From contig CAWAIS010000002.1 of the NCBI GenBank assembly GCA_963782255.1, positions 998,557-1,062,556 of the forward strand: 64,000 nt of DNA. The letters are read 5' to 3'. Under the pieces are notes generated by a model. The model searched no databases. It was not told the origin of the DNA and saw nothing but the letters and a program-made list of their open reading frames with translations. This document shows positions 1 through 9,394 of the stretch, in pieces. This stretch comes from an uncultured Alphaproteobacteria bacterium (GTDB lineage Bacteria; Pseudomonadota; Alphaproteobacteria; Rhizobiales; Beijerinckiaceae). The stretch's first letter is position 1; the number at the start of each line of letters is the position of its first letter. Both the position numbers and the translations under genes were made by a program.

Positions 1-2140
1 TCGCTGGTTGCAGTTCCGGCGAGGAAACCTATTCCCTCGCCATGCTTTTTCGCGAGCAGATCGACGCTTCGAAGCGCGAGATCAAATTGCAGATATTCGC
101 AAGCGACGTCGATCCCGACGCGGTGGCGAGCGCTCGCGACGGCCTCTATCCCGACTCGATCGAGGCCGACGTTTCGCCAAAGCGATTGGCCCGGTTTTTC
201 TCCAAGGAGGATCGCAATTACCGGGTCTCGGCCGAACTGCGCTCGAACGTCGTGTTCACGGTGCACGACGTGCTCGCCGACCCGCCATTCGCGCGTCTCG
301 ATTTCGTGTCGTGTCGCAACCTTCTGATCTACCTTCTGCCGGAGGCGCAGGCCAAGGTCATCTCGATCATCCACTTCGCGTTGCGCGACGGCGGCCTTTT
401 GCTGGTCGGCGACGCCGAGACGATCGGGGTGGCCGACGGTCGGTTCGCCGTCATCTCCAAACCTCAGCGCATTTACCGGCGCGTCCGCGTCGCCCGACCG
501 GGCGATTTCGGTCTGTCCTCGGGCGCCGGCGACGGCTCCCGGCTGCGCGCGCGTCCTGGCCCGGCGCCCGTGCCTTCGCGCCAGATCGAGCTCGCCGAAC
601 TGTGTCGACGAATGGTCTTGGAAGCCTACGGTCCGGCTGCGGTGTTGATCAACGGCAAACTCGAATGCCTCCACTTCCAAGGACCGATAGATCGTTATCT
701 CAAGGTCGCATCGGGCCGCCCCGCGCATGAATTGATCGCCATGGCGCGCGAGGGCGTGCGCACGAAGCTGAGATCGGCGGTCCAGCGCGCGCTGCGCGAG
801 AACGTGCGAGTCGTCGTGCCCGGCGGGCGGACGAAAGGCGAGGCCGGCGCCTCGCCATTTAGCATCGTCGTCACGCCGGCGCCGAGTGAGCGCGAAGACT
901 TGTTGCTGGTCTGCTTTGTCGAGGAGCCGGAGCCCCAGGTCGCCGCGGGCGGCAGCATAGCGCCGGCTGACGTTCCGCGCGTTGTTGAGCTCGAACGGGA
1001 GCTCGAAGCGACAAAAAACGAACTCCAGAACACCATCCGCAACCTCGAGATCTCGAGCGAAGAGCAAATGGCGGTCAACGAGGAGGCGTTGTCGGTCAAC
1101 GAGGAATATCAGTCGACGAACGAGGAACTGCTCGCCTCCAAGGAGGAGCTTCAATCGCTCAACGAAGAGCTGACGGCACTCAACAGCCAACTCCAGGAAA
1201 CGCTCGAACGTCAGCGCACGACCGCGGACGATTTGCAGAACGTCCTTTACAGCACCAAGGTCGCGACGATTTTCCTCGACACGCGCTTCAACATCCGCTT
1301 TTTCACGCCCGCGACAAAAGCGCTTTTCAACGTGATTTCAAGCGACGTGGGCCGCCCGCTCGCGGACCTCAAATCGCTCGCCGCCGACGACGCTCTCCTC
1401 GACGAGGCCGAAACAGTCCTTAAGCGTCAAACGCCGGTCGAGCGGGAAATCCAGGGTCAGAACGGCGCATGGTTCGTGCGCCGGATCATGCCGTACCGCG
1501 CCAGCGACGAGAAGACCGAAGGCGTCGTCATCACCTATGAAGACGTAACCGAACGGCGGCGCACGGCGGATGCGCTGAGCGCCGCCACGCGTCAGGCCGA
1601 ATCGGCGAACATCGCCAAGACGCGCTTTCTTGCAGCGGCGAGCCACGATCTGCGACAGCCATTGCAATCGCTCGCCCTCCTCCAGGGCTTGCTGGCAAAG
1701 CGAGTCGTCGGTGAACGGGCTCAGCAGTTAGTCCAAGGCATCGATGAAGCTTTGGGCGCCATGACCGGCATGCTGAATACGCTGCTCGACATCAATCGGA
1801 TCGAAGTGGGCGCCGTTGAGCCCGAAATCGTCGACGTCCCCGTGAACGGCCTGTTCGACCGTCTGAGGGACGAATTGACCTACCACGCGCAGGCGGCAGG
1901 CCTCGGTTTACGCATCATGCCCTGCGCGCTGTCCATTCGAAGCGATCCGGGGCTGCTCGAGCAGATGATCCGCAACCTGATCTCGAACGCCCTGAGATAC
2001 ACCAAGCGCGGCAGGGTCCTCGTGGGATGCCGACGGCGCGATGGCAAATTGCGCATCGAGATCTGGGACACCGGGATCGGCATCCCCCAGTCGGAGTTGC
2101 GGGCGATCTTCGACGAATACCATCAGGTGGACAACCCCGC
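1..2140 (+). pseudogene. CheR-type methyltransferase / PAS / histidine kinase fusion, 5' end outside the window, 3' end truncated inside the HATPase domain
   Basis: The frame is open from nt 3 (AGCSSGEETYSLAMLF, CheR SAM-binding region). It then shows a coiled-coil linker, a PAS-like region, the H-box AASHDLRQPLQS, the N-box LISNALRYT and the G1 box DTGIGI. After IFDEYHQVDNPAR (about nt 2135) the expected GLGLGL G2 box is missing. The frame continues as Arg/Ser-rich nonsense to the stop at 2618. Confidence 0.7.
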
Positions 2141-2144
2141 CCGC

Positions 2145-2280
2145 CAGCGAAGGCCGTCGTCAAAATCGCAAGAAAGAACAGGCCGCCAAGAAAGAAGGTC
2201 TTCGCATCGGACGGCAGAGGCATATCCGCCAATAATTCTTCGGGCGCTTCAATCTCAGGCGGCTGATCCGAATCCAACAT
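2145..2280 (-). pseudogene. N-terminal stub of an unidentified membrane protein
   Basis: ATG at 2280 gives MLDSDQPPEIEAPEELLADMPLPSDAKTFFLGGLFFLAILTTAFA. The sequence then runs into the antisense of the kinase gene and loses protein-like character near 2145. Confidence 0.35.
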
Positions 2281-2511
2281 GGCGAAGCTCCGGATCAATC
2301 CCTCACTCGCTTAAGCGCGGATACCGCAATCCGAGTTTCGCTAACGGCCCACAAACCAGAGCGCGATTGCGACGGCCACGTCGACGCCAGGAGCGCCACA
2401 GAGCCACCCGGCGCTGCAAGTACGCAGAGCGGACTGGCGGCTCGGCGCGCACGTTTGCCTGGCGACACTGCGCGTCGGCGCTGATCAGCGTCGCATACGG
2501 CGACGACAACG

Positions 2512-2811
2512 CTAGCGGCGCCAGCCCCAGCGCCCACCCCATCCGCCGCGCCAGCGGCCTCCGCCGCGAACTAGCCTTAGAACCAAAAGCAGCAACAGCG
2601 CGCCAACAGTCGCGTTGATGATCGCGGCGACAATGCCCACGCCGAGGTGGACGCCGAGTTGAGGCAGCAACCACCCGCCGATAAAGGAACCTACGACGCC
2701 GATGATAAGGTCATTGATGATCCCGTATCCAGTGCCTTGCACGATCTGCCCGGCTAACCATCCTGCAATGAGGCCGACCGCCAGTATGACGATGAGACTT
2801 TCACTCGACAT
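2512..2811 (-). CDS. GlsB/YeaQ/YmgE-family small transmembrane stress protein
   Basis: ATG at 2811. MSSESLIVILAVGLIAGWLAGQIVQGTGYGIINDLIIGVVGSFIGGWLLPQL is typical of the family. The C-terminal tail is unusual and Arg/Gly/Trp-rich. Confidence 0.85.
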   Translation of the reverse strand: MSSESLIVILAVGLIAGWLAGQIVQGTGYGIINDLIIGVVGSFIGGWLLPQLGVHLGVGIVAAIINATVGALLLLLVLRLVRGGGRWRGGWGGRWGWRR

Positions 2812-3054
2812 GACAACCTCTTCATATTCTCGATGGCGCGAACCGCCGCGATTCCAATGAGTCAAAAAAGCCCGGGAGCCGCCATGACAGCCCATCAGTC
2901 TTCCGCGAGGCCTTGTTGAGCCGAGGTCGCGGAAGCGTCGGCGGCGGAAAGCAGACACGCGCCGCCGGACGCGACAAAAACGCCTCGCCGGTCGAACACT
3001 TGGCGGTCTCTGTTCCGGCGGTCGACGATGGCGAAGGCGTCAAAGTCGTGAACT

Positions 3055-3222
3055 CTACAAGTTCACACCGCCGAGGCCGCCGACAAGCCAAAGCACCACG
3101 ACAACGACGAGGAGCAGACCAAGAACGCTTCCCAGCCCTGAGCCTCCGTAGCGGCCATGAGCATAGTAACCTCCGCCGCCAAAGAGAAAAATCAAGACGA
3201 GGATAATTAGAATTGTGCTCAT
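3055..3222 (-). CDS. DUF3309-like small membrane protein
   Basis: ATG at 3222. MSTILIILVLIFLFGGGGYYAHGRYGGSGLGSVLGLLLVVVVVLWLVGG has two hydrophobic helices around a Gly/Tyr-rich loop. Confidence 0.65.
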   Translation of the reverse strand: MSTILIILVLIFLFGGGGYYAHGRYGGSGLGSVLGLLLVVVVVLWLVGGLGGVNL

Positions 3223-3274
3223 GACATCGCCTCTCGTCAACTTTTGATCGCACCGATCACGCCGGGGGTATCAA

Positions 3275-3427
3275 TTACTTCTTCACCGCGTCGCGCACCG
3301 CGTCGTTCAAGCCGCCGACGGCGTTCTGAATTTTGCCGACGGCCTTGTCGGTCTTGCCGTCGCTCTGCAACTTGGCGTCGCCGATAGCCTTGCCGATGGC
3401 CTCCTTCGCGGCGCCTTTGATAATGAC
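3275..3427 (-). CDS. CsbD-family stress protein, start codon unresolved and possibly 5'-truncated
   Basis: VIIKGAAKEAIGKAIGDAKLQSDGKTDKAVGKIQNAVGGLNDAVRDAVKK matches the CsbD repeat pattern. No in-frame ATG, GTG or TTG lies near the N-terminus; only ATT (3424) and ATC (3421) follow a GAGAGG. Confidence 0.55.
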   Translation of the reverse strand, partial: VIIKGAAKEAIGKAIGDAKLQSDGKTDKAVGKIQNAVGGLNDAVRDAVKK

Positions 3428-3442
3428 CTCTCGCGCATTTCC

Positions 3443-4129
3443 GAGGCCTTCGTCATCGGCCGCTCGACGGCCTTCACCTACAAAGGCAAGCCGGTCGACT
3501 TGAAGCAGATTGGGCGCGAGCTCAACGTGCGCTACGTGCTCGAAGGCAGCGTGCAGCGCGCGGGAAACCGCATGCGGGTCAATGTGCAGCTCATCGAAGC
3601 AGAAAGCGGCGCGCACTTGTGGGCCGAGCGGTTCGACAAGGCGCTCGCCGATCTCTTCGAGATGCAGGACGAGATCGTCGCTCAACTCGCCAATCAGCTG
3701 CAAGCCGAGCTTATCGCCGCCGAGGCGCGCCGCGCCGAGCAGGCGCTCAACCCCGATTCGGTGGATTTCTATTTTCAGGGGCGAGCGCTGCTCGATGGCG
3801 GTTTTACCCCCGAGATGCTCGCGAAGGCGCGCGATTTTTTTGCGCGGGCGCTCGAACTCGATTCTGGCAATATCGACGCACTCGTCGGCGTCGCCGGCGT
3901 GGACGTGCTGATCTGCGTCAGCGACATGACGGACGATCCAAAGCCCCTGCTGGCTGAGGCGGAGGCGCCCCTGACCAAGGCGTTGGCCGCGGCGCCGAAC
4001 AATGCATACGCTCACCTGTTCATGGGCGTCTTGCTTCGGGCGACCTATCGGGCTCCCCGGGGCCTGGAGGAACTGGAGCGGGCGCTGGCGATCGATTCGA
4101 ATTTGGCCGGGGCGCGAGCGCTGATGGCT
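3443..4129 (+). pseudogene. Internal fragment of a TolB-N-like/TPR protein (the family often annotated as adenylate cyclase or TPR regulator)
   Basis: EAFVIGRSTAFTYKGKPVDLKQIGRELNVRYVLEGSVQRAGNRMRVNVQLIEAESGAHLWAERFD is followed by TPR-like repeats. There is no N-terminal domain and no credible start. Homology-like sequence ends near NLAGARALMA. Confidence 0.6.
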
Positions 4130-4165
4130 CGGCCTCCTGGCCGAGCCCAAGGTAGCGGCGGGCGC

Positions 4166-4586
4166 TCACCCCTCGGAAACCCCTGCTAGGCGCATGCCTT
4201 CGATGATGCGCTCGCGCTGGGCGAGATAGACCGCGTTGTCGCTTTGGGCAGCCTGCGCGAAAGCGCGCGATGGAGAACTTCGGGTCGACGGCGAGGCCCG
4301 CATTGACCTCCCGGCGCGCTTCATCGAGGCGGTCCAGATGCACAAGGCAAGCGGCGAGAAGGAAGAACGCCAGGGGGCGGTTGCGGTTGGCGTCGATCGA
4401 TTTTCTCGGCCAGGTCGCGGCTTCCGCGAATTCGCCGAGAAGCGTCTTCGCCTGGCCGGCAATCAGGAACCACTCGAAGATCATCGCGTCGCGGGGACTC
4501 AGGCGCAAGGCTTCCAGCACATGAGCCTCCGCTTCCTGCGCTCTGCCCATGCAGGCGAGCGCGGAGCCGGTGCAGGCATGGACCAC
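4166..4586 (-). pseudogene. C-terminal fragment of the same TPR-protein family, frameshifted
   Basis: ALACMGRAQEAEAHVLEALRLSPRD...LDEARREVNAGLAVDPKFSIARFRAG continues in another frame as AQSDNAVYLAQRERIIEGMRLAGVSEG followed by a stop. The frame break is at about nt 4250. Confidence 0.6.
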
Positions 4587-4696
4587 GTTTCGACACGATC
4601 ACCCGACCGGACGCGGAGGGTCTGCCTGCCATGGTGGGCCCGACCAGGGGGTCGACGACGGCCATTCGTTGAGAGCACCTGGACGACGTCCCCCTC

Positions 4697-5932
4697 CTAC
4701 TTCGCATCCAACCCGTAAAGCGTATGCAACGTCCTCACCGCGAGCTCGGTGTAGGGCTCGTCGATCAGCATCGAGAACTTGATCTCCGAGGTCGTGATCG
4801 CGCGGATGTTGATGCCCTTCGCGGCGAGCGCCTGGAACGCCCGCGCGGCGACGCCCGAATGCGAGCGCATGCCGACGCCGATAGCGGATATCTTCACGAC
4901 GTCTTGCGCGCCGTTGAGCCGCGCGTAGCCGATCGCCTCGCGCCTCGCCTCGATGATGCTCTTCGCGCGCTCGAAGTCGGCGCCGGAGACCGTGAAGGTG
5001 ATGTCGGTCGTCGCCTCGTCCTCGGACACGACCTGGATGATCATGTCGACGTTGATGCTGGCCTCCGCCAGCGGCCCGAAGATCGCCGCGGCGACCCCCG
5101 GCTTGTCGGCGACCTCGCGCAGGGTGATCTGCGCCTCGTCGCGCGAGAAAGCGATGCCGGTCACGACCTGCTGTTCCACAATATCCTCCTCGTCGCAGAT
5201 GAGCGTGCCGAGCCGCGGGCGGGCCGGATCGTCGAAGGACGAGCGCACGTAGATCCTGACCTTCTGCACCATCGCCACTTCGACCGAGCGCACCTGCAGG
5301 ACCTTGGCGCCGAGCGACGCCATTTCGAGCATTTCCTCGAACGACACCCTGTCGAGCCTACGCGCCTTCGGCACGATGCGCGGATCGGTGGTATAGACGC
5401 CGTCGACGTCGGTGTAGATGTCGCAGCGGTCGGCGCCGATCGCGGCGGCGAGCGCGACCGCGGACGTGTCCGAGCCGCCTCGCCCGAGCGTCGTCATGCG
5501 GTTCGAGGGCGCATGCAGGCCCTGGAAGCCGGCAACGACGGCGATCTCGTGACGTCGGAAGCCTTCGGCGAGCTCGGCGCCGTCGATCTTGACGATGCGC
5601 GCGGCCCCATGCGCGTCGTCGGTGATGAGCGGGATCTGCCAGCCGGCCCATGAGCGCGCCGTGAGCCCGATATCCTTGAGCACGAGCGCGAGCAGCCCCG
5701 CCGTGACAAGCTCGCCTGAGGCGACGACGGCGTCGTATTCCACGTTGTCGGGCTCCGATCCCGCCTCCTTGCACCAGGCGACGAGCTCGTTGGTCTTGCC
5801 CGCCATGGCCGAGACGACGACCGCGACCTCATGTCCCGCTTCGACCTCGCGCCTGACATGGCGCGCCACGTTGCGGATGCGGTCGACGTTGGCGACGGAA
5901 GTCCCGCCGAATTTCATCACCAGACGCGACAT
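4697..5932 (-). CDS. lysC: Aspartate kinase
   Basis: 411 aa. MSRLVMKFGGTSVANVDRIRNVA at the N-terminus, with a C-terminal ACT-domain region. Confidence 0.95.
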   Translation of the reverse strand: MSRLVMKFGGTSVANVDRIRNVARHVRREVEAGHEVAVVVSAMAGKTNELVAWCKEAGSEPDNVEYDAVVASGELVTAGLLALVLKDIGLTARSWAGWQIPLITDDAHGAARIVKIDGAELAEGFRRHEIAVVAGFQGLHAPSNRMTTLGRGGSDTSAVALAAAIGADRCDIYTDVDGVYTTDPRIVPKARRLDRVSFEEMLEMASLGAKVLQVRSVEVAMVQKVRIYVRSSFDDPARPRLGTLICDEEDIVEQQVVTGIAFSRDEAQITLREVADKPGVAAAIFGPLAEASINVDMIIQVVSEDEATTDITFTVSGADFERAKSIIEARREAIGYARLNGAQDVVKISAIGVGMRSHSGVAARAFQALAAKGINIRAITTSEIKFSMLIDEPYTELAVRTLHTLYGLDAK

Positions 5933-6025
5933 TCATCCTCAGGATCAGGGGGAGACGCGCGGGCTCGCGCGGCGTGGGCGAGCGGCGTATAAAGGCGTGG
6001 GTCCGGGCGGTCAACGCCGTGAGCC

Positions 6026-6802
6026 ATGAGGCTTCCCATGTCCGTCAAGCCCTTATCCACCGTCATGTCGCACGAAGTCGCGCGCTTCGATGCGCTCGGC
6101 TCGTCATGGTGGGACGCCGAAGGGCCAATGGCGCCCCTGCACCGGCTGACGCCGGTCCGCGTGGACTGGGCGCGCGATCTCATCGCCCGCCATTTCCGGC
6201 GCGATCCGCTCGCCGGCGCGCCGCTCGCGGGGCTCGACCTTCTCGACGTCGGCTGCGGCGCCGGCCTCTTCGCGGAGCCACTCGCTCGGCTCGGGGCGGA
6301 TGTCGCGGGAATCGATCCGGCGCCGACGTCGATCGAGGCCGCGCGCCACCACGCCGAGGAGACGGGCGCGAAAGTCGCCTATCGCGTCGCGACCGTCGAA
6401 GAACTGGCGGTCGAGCCGCATCGCTTCGACGTCGTCGCCGCGATGGAGGTGGTCGAGCATGTCGCCAACCCTCAGCGCTTCGTCGCGACCGCGACTTCGC
6501 TGTTAAGGCCTGGCGGGTTGTTTCTCGCCTCGACCCTGAACCGGACCTTGAGAAGCTTCGCTCTGGCGATTGTCGGCGCCGAATATGTGCTGCGCTGGCT
6601 CGAGCCCGGAACCCATCGCTGGGAGCAGTTCGTGACGCCCGAGGAGCTCTCGGCCGCGGCTCGCTCTGCGGGCTTGAGAGTGATGGAGCGGCAGGGCGTC
6701 GCCTATGATCCCCTGCGCCTCGGCTGGCGACTGTCGCGGGACATGAGCGTGAACTATATGTTCGCGGCGAAGAAGCCGGGCGCTACTGTCCTCCGGGAAT
6801 GA
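6026..6802 (+). CDS. ubiG: Bifunctional 3-demethylubiquinol 3-O-methyltransferase / 2-polyprenyl-6-hydroxyphenol methylase
   Basis: FDALGSSWWD...LDVGCGAGLFAEPLARLGADVAGIDP (SAM motif)...EVVEHV. Divergent from lysC. Confidence 0.9.
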   Translation: MRLPMSVKPLSTVMSHEVARFDALGSSWWDAEGPMAPLHRLTPVRVDWARDLIARHFRRDPLAGAPLAGLDLLDVGCGAGLFAEPLARLGADVAGIDPAPTSIEAARHHAEETGAKVAYRVATVEELAVEPHRFDVVAAMEVVEHVANPQRFVATATSLLRPGGLFLASTLNRTLRSFALAIVGAEYVLRWLEPGTHRWEQFVTPEELSAAARSAGLRVMERQGVAYDPLRLGWRLSRDMSVNYMFAAKKPGATVLRE

Positions 6803-6809
6803 CTGGGCC

Positions 6810-7478
6810 TCACGACTTCCCCGGGCATTCCTTCTGCAGCCGGTCCATCGCCTGCGAGAAGCCGGCGAGCGAATAGGAGTCGGTTGACGCATTGCCCTTG
6901 AGCGAGGCGGCCTTGATCTCGAGCGTCGTCCCCTTCTTCATTTCCGCGATCAACGCGCTCTCGCGCGCCGCGTTCTTGACCCAGAGATTGGCCCCCTTCG
7001 GCAGGAGGTCAAACGACGCCTCCTCCACGACCGCGACCGGCGCGGCGATGGTTTTGACCTTGGACTTCGCCGATCTCCGCGTGGGTTTCGCCTCCGCCTT
7101 GGCGTCCGTTTTCGCATCCGCGTCCATTCCGCCCGCGACATCGAAGCCCATGATGAACGACACCTCGTTGCGCACGCCCTCCGCCGGGCGATCGGAGATG
7201 AAGGCGTAGCCAGGATCGCGCTTGAGGTCATCGGGCTCGCGCGACTTCGGCTGCGCGAGCGTGTAGCAGATGCGTCCCTTGCCGGCCTGGCCGACGAACA
7301 CGTTCCAGTCGCCGAACGTCGCGATGAGGGCAGGCTTGGCGTCCTCCCTCTTGTCGGCCTTGTCTTTTTTCGCCAGCGCCTCTGCGGGCTGAAAGGCGCA
7401 GGCGAGCGCGGCCGCCGCCACGGCGCAGGCGAGCGCGGTTCGAGAAAGAAAAGAGTTCTGGAGCAATCTCATCGACAT
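6810..7478 (-). CDS. Invasion-associated locus B (IalB) family periplasmic protein
   Basis: ATG at 7478 with signal peptide MSMRLLQNSFLSRTALACAVAAAALACA. FGDWNVFVGQAGKGRICYTLAQP is the IalB-type core. Confidence 0.75.
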   Translation of the reverse strand: MSMRLLQNSFLSRTALACAVAAAALACAFQPAEALAKKDKADKREDAKPALIATFGDWNVFVGQAGKGRICYTLAQPKSREPDDLKRDPGYAFISDRPAEGVRNEVSFIMGFDVAGGMDADAKTDAKAEAKPTRRSAKSKVKTIAAPVAVVEEASFDLLPKGANLWVKNAARESALIAEMKKGTTLEIKAASLKGNASTDSYSLAGFSQAMDRLQKECPGKS

Positions 7479-7627
7479 CCGTCCCTGGACCCCGCCGGTT
7501 GCGCCCGGTTCGGCGCCTATTGCAGACGGATCGGGGCAAAATTCCGGCATCCGGCTTTCCCGCGTCGAGCGGGCCCTGTTAAGCTGCTCCCTGGTTAATG
7601 AAAAATGAGTAAAATTCGGAGTCGCCG

Positions 7628-8620
7628 ATGAAAGCCCTGATCTGTCCGTCGCTTGGTCCGGTTGAGAACCTGGAGGTGATGGACGTCGAGGAGCCGGTCG
7701 CGGGGCGGGGCGAGGCGGTCGTCGAAGTCGCCTACGCCGCGCTGAACTTCTTCGACACGCTCATCATCGAGGGCAAGTACCAGCTGAAGCCAGAGCCGCC
7801 GTTTTCGCCAGCAGGCGAGTTTTCCGGCCGAATCGTCGCGCTCGGGCCGGACGCGAGCGGCTTCGCCGTCGGCGATCGTGTCATGGGCTCGTCCGGCTAC
7901 GGCGCCGCGCGCGAGCGAATTGCGATCGCGGTAAACCGGCTCGCTCATGTTCCGGATGGCCTTCCGCTCGACAAGGCCGCCGGCCTTTCGATCGCCTACG
8001 GCACGACAATCCACGCCTTGAAGCAGCGCGCCGAGATGAAGCCGGGCGAGACGCTCGTCGTGCTTGGCGCTTCGGGCGGAGTGGGCCTGGCCGCGGTCGA
8101 GATCGGGGCGGCGATGGGCGCGCGCGTCATCGCGTGCGCCTCGTCAGACGACAAGCTCAAATTCGCCCGCCGCTACGGCGCGGCCGAGACGGTCAATTAC
8201 GCTACGCAGGACCTGCGTGGCCGGCTCAAGGACCTGACCGGCGGCAAGGGCGTCGACGTCGTCTACGATCCGGTCGGGGGCGCCCTGACCGAGCCCGCCC
8301 TTCGCTCGCTCGCCTGGAAGGGGCGGCTTCTGGTGATCGGCTTCGCCTCAGGCGAAATCCCGAAGCCGCCGTTGAACCTGATCCTGCTCAAGGGTTGCGA
8401 CATCCGCGGCGTCTACTGGGGCGACTTCACCGCGCGCGAGCCGGACGCCAATCGCGACAATATGTCTCAACTCCTGCGCTGGGCCGAGTCCGGGGCTTTG
8501 AGCGTCCATATTCACGCAAAATATCGAATTGAGGATTATGAAAAGGCGTTCGAGGCGATCTCCAAGCGCCAAGCGCTCGGGAAGGTTCTCCTTCAATTCA
8601 AGGAGATAGCGCCCGAATAA
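7628..8620 (+). CDS. NADPH:quinone oxidoreductase (zinc-independent MDR family)
   Basis: 330 aa with the GASGGVGLAAVEIGAAMGARV Rossmann motif and medium-chain dehydrogenase/reductase (MDR) architecture. Confidence 0.85.
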   Translation: MKALICPSLGPVENLEVMDVEEPVAGRGEAVVEVAYAALNFFDTLIIEGKYQLKPEPPFSPAGEFSGRIVALGPDASGFAVGDRVMGSSGYGAARERIAIAVNRLAHVPDGLPLDKAAGLSIAYGTTIHALKQRAEMKPGETLVVLGASGGVGLAAVEIGAAMGARVIACASSDDKLKFARRYGAAETVNYATQDLRGRLKDLTGGKGVDVVYDPVGGALTEPALRSLAWKGRLLVIGFASGEIPKPPLNLILLKGCDIRGVYWGDFTAREPDANRDNMSQLLRWAESGALSVHIHAKYRIEDYEKAFEAISKRQALGKVLLQFKEIAPE

Positions 8621-8702
8621 TTCAAGGCGCTTGCAAATTATGTTGCGGCGCACAATATGCTGCCCGGGGACGAAGCGCCGAGGACGATTCGGCGAGGAGA
8701 TC

Positions 8703-9317
8703 ATGAGCGAGAGACAGTCAATCAACGTTGAAGTGCGGCGCCTTTGGCCGTCGGACATGGAAGCGTTCCGCGACCATCTGCTGCGGCTCGATCCGCGCAG
8801 CCGTCACGAACGCTTTGGCGGGGGAATGTCGGACGACTTCCTGGCGCGCTACGCCGAGCATTGTTTCGGGCAGGGGGATCTTCTGTACGGCGCCTTTGTC
8901 GACGGCTATTTGTGTGGTGCGGCAGAATTGCGCTCGAGTTCCGCGATCTGGAGCGAGCAGGCGCCGTTCGGGCGGCACATCCACGCCGAGGCCGCCTTTT
9001 CGGTCGAGACCGAGTACCGGCGGCGCGGCATCGGCGAGAAGCTGTTCCGCCGCATTCAGCGCGCCGCGAGCAACCACGGCGTGGAGACGATCGAGATCAT
9101 CTGCCTGCCCGACAACATCGGCATGCGGATGCTGGCGCAGAAGTTCAAGACGCACTTCACTTTCGAAGAGAGCGCGCTGACCGGCCGCCTCAAGGCGCAC
9201 CGTCCGACCCCGTTCTCGCTGATGCGCGAAGCGACCGGCGACGCGGTGGACTTCGGCGCGGCCGTGTTCGACGCCCAATGGCGGGCCTTCACGGGCCCGG
9301 AGGTCAAAGGCGCATAA
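8703..9317 (+). CDS. GNAT-family N-acetyltransferase
   Basis: ATG at 8703. YRRRGIGEKLFRRIQRAA is the acetyl-CoA-binding motif A. Confidence 0.75.
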   Translation: MSERQSINVEVRRLWPSDMEAFRDHLLRLDPRSRHERFGGGMSDDFLARYAEHCFGQGDLLYGAFVDGYLCGAAELRSSSAIWSEQAPFGRHIHAEAAFSVETEYRRRGIGEKLFRRIQRAASNHGVETIEIICLPDNIGMRMLAQKFKTHFTFEESALTGRLKAHRPTPFSLMREATGDAVDFGAAVFDAQWRAFTGPEVKGA

Positions 9318-9354
9318 CGAGGCTCTGTCGCCCAAGCGCGCGCCTGAGGACAAC

Positions 9355-9377
9355 GCCGGCCGCAAGGAGCGGCCGGC
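9355..9377. terminator. GC-rich hairpin between convergent GNAT and rne genes
   Basis: GCCGGCCGC-aagga-GCGGCCGGC, a perfect 9-bp stem, followed by a second short hairpin AGAGG..CCTCT. Confidence 0.45.
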
Positions 9378-9394
9378 AGAGGTCGAGCAGCCTC

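Noticed and set aside
42-2618. Reading the first ORF as an intact 858-aa protein.
   Set aside because: Kinase motifs stop after the G1 box near 2135. The remaining 160 codons are low-complexity Arg/Ser/Pro sequence overlapping an opposite-strand gene stub.
2812-3274. EcfG-type general-stress promoters (GGAAC-N16-17-CGTT) upstream of the glsB-like and DUF3309/csbD-like genes.
   Set aside because: I searched by eye on the relevant strand and found only poor matches (for example GGAAT...CGAG).
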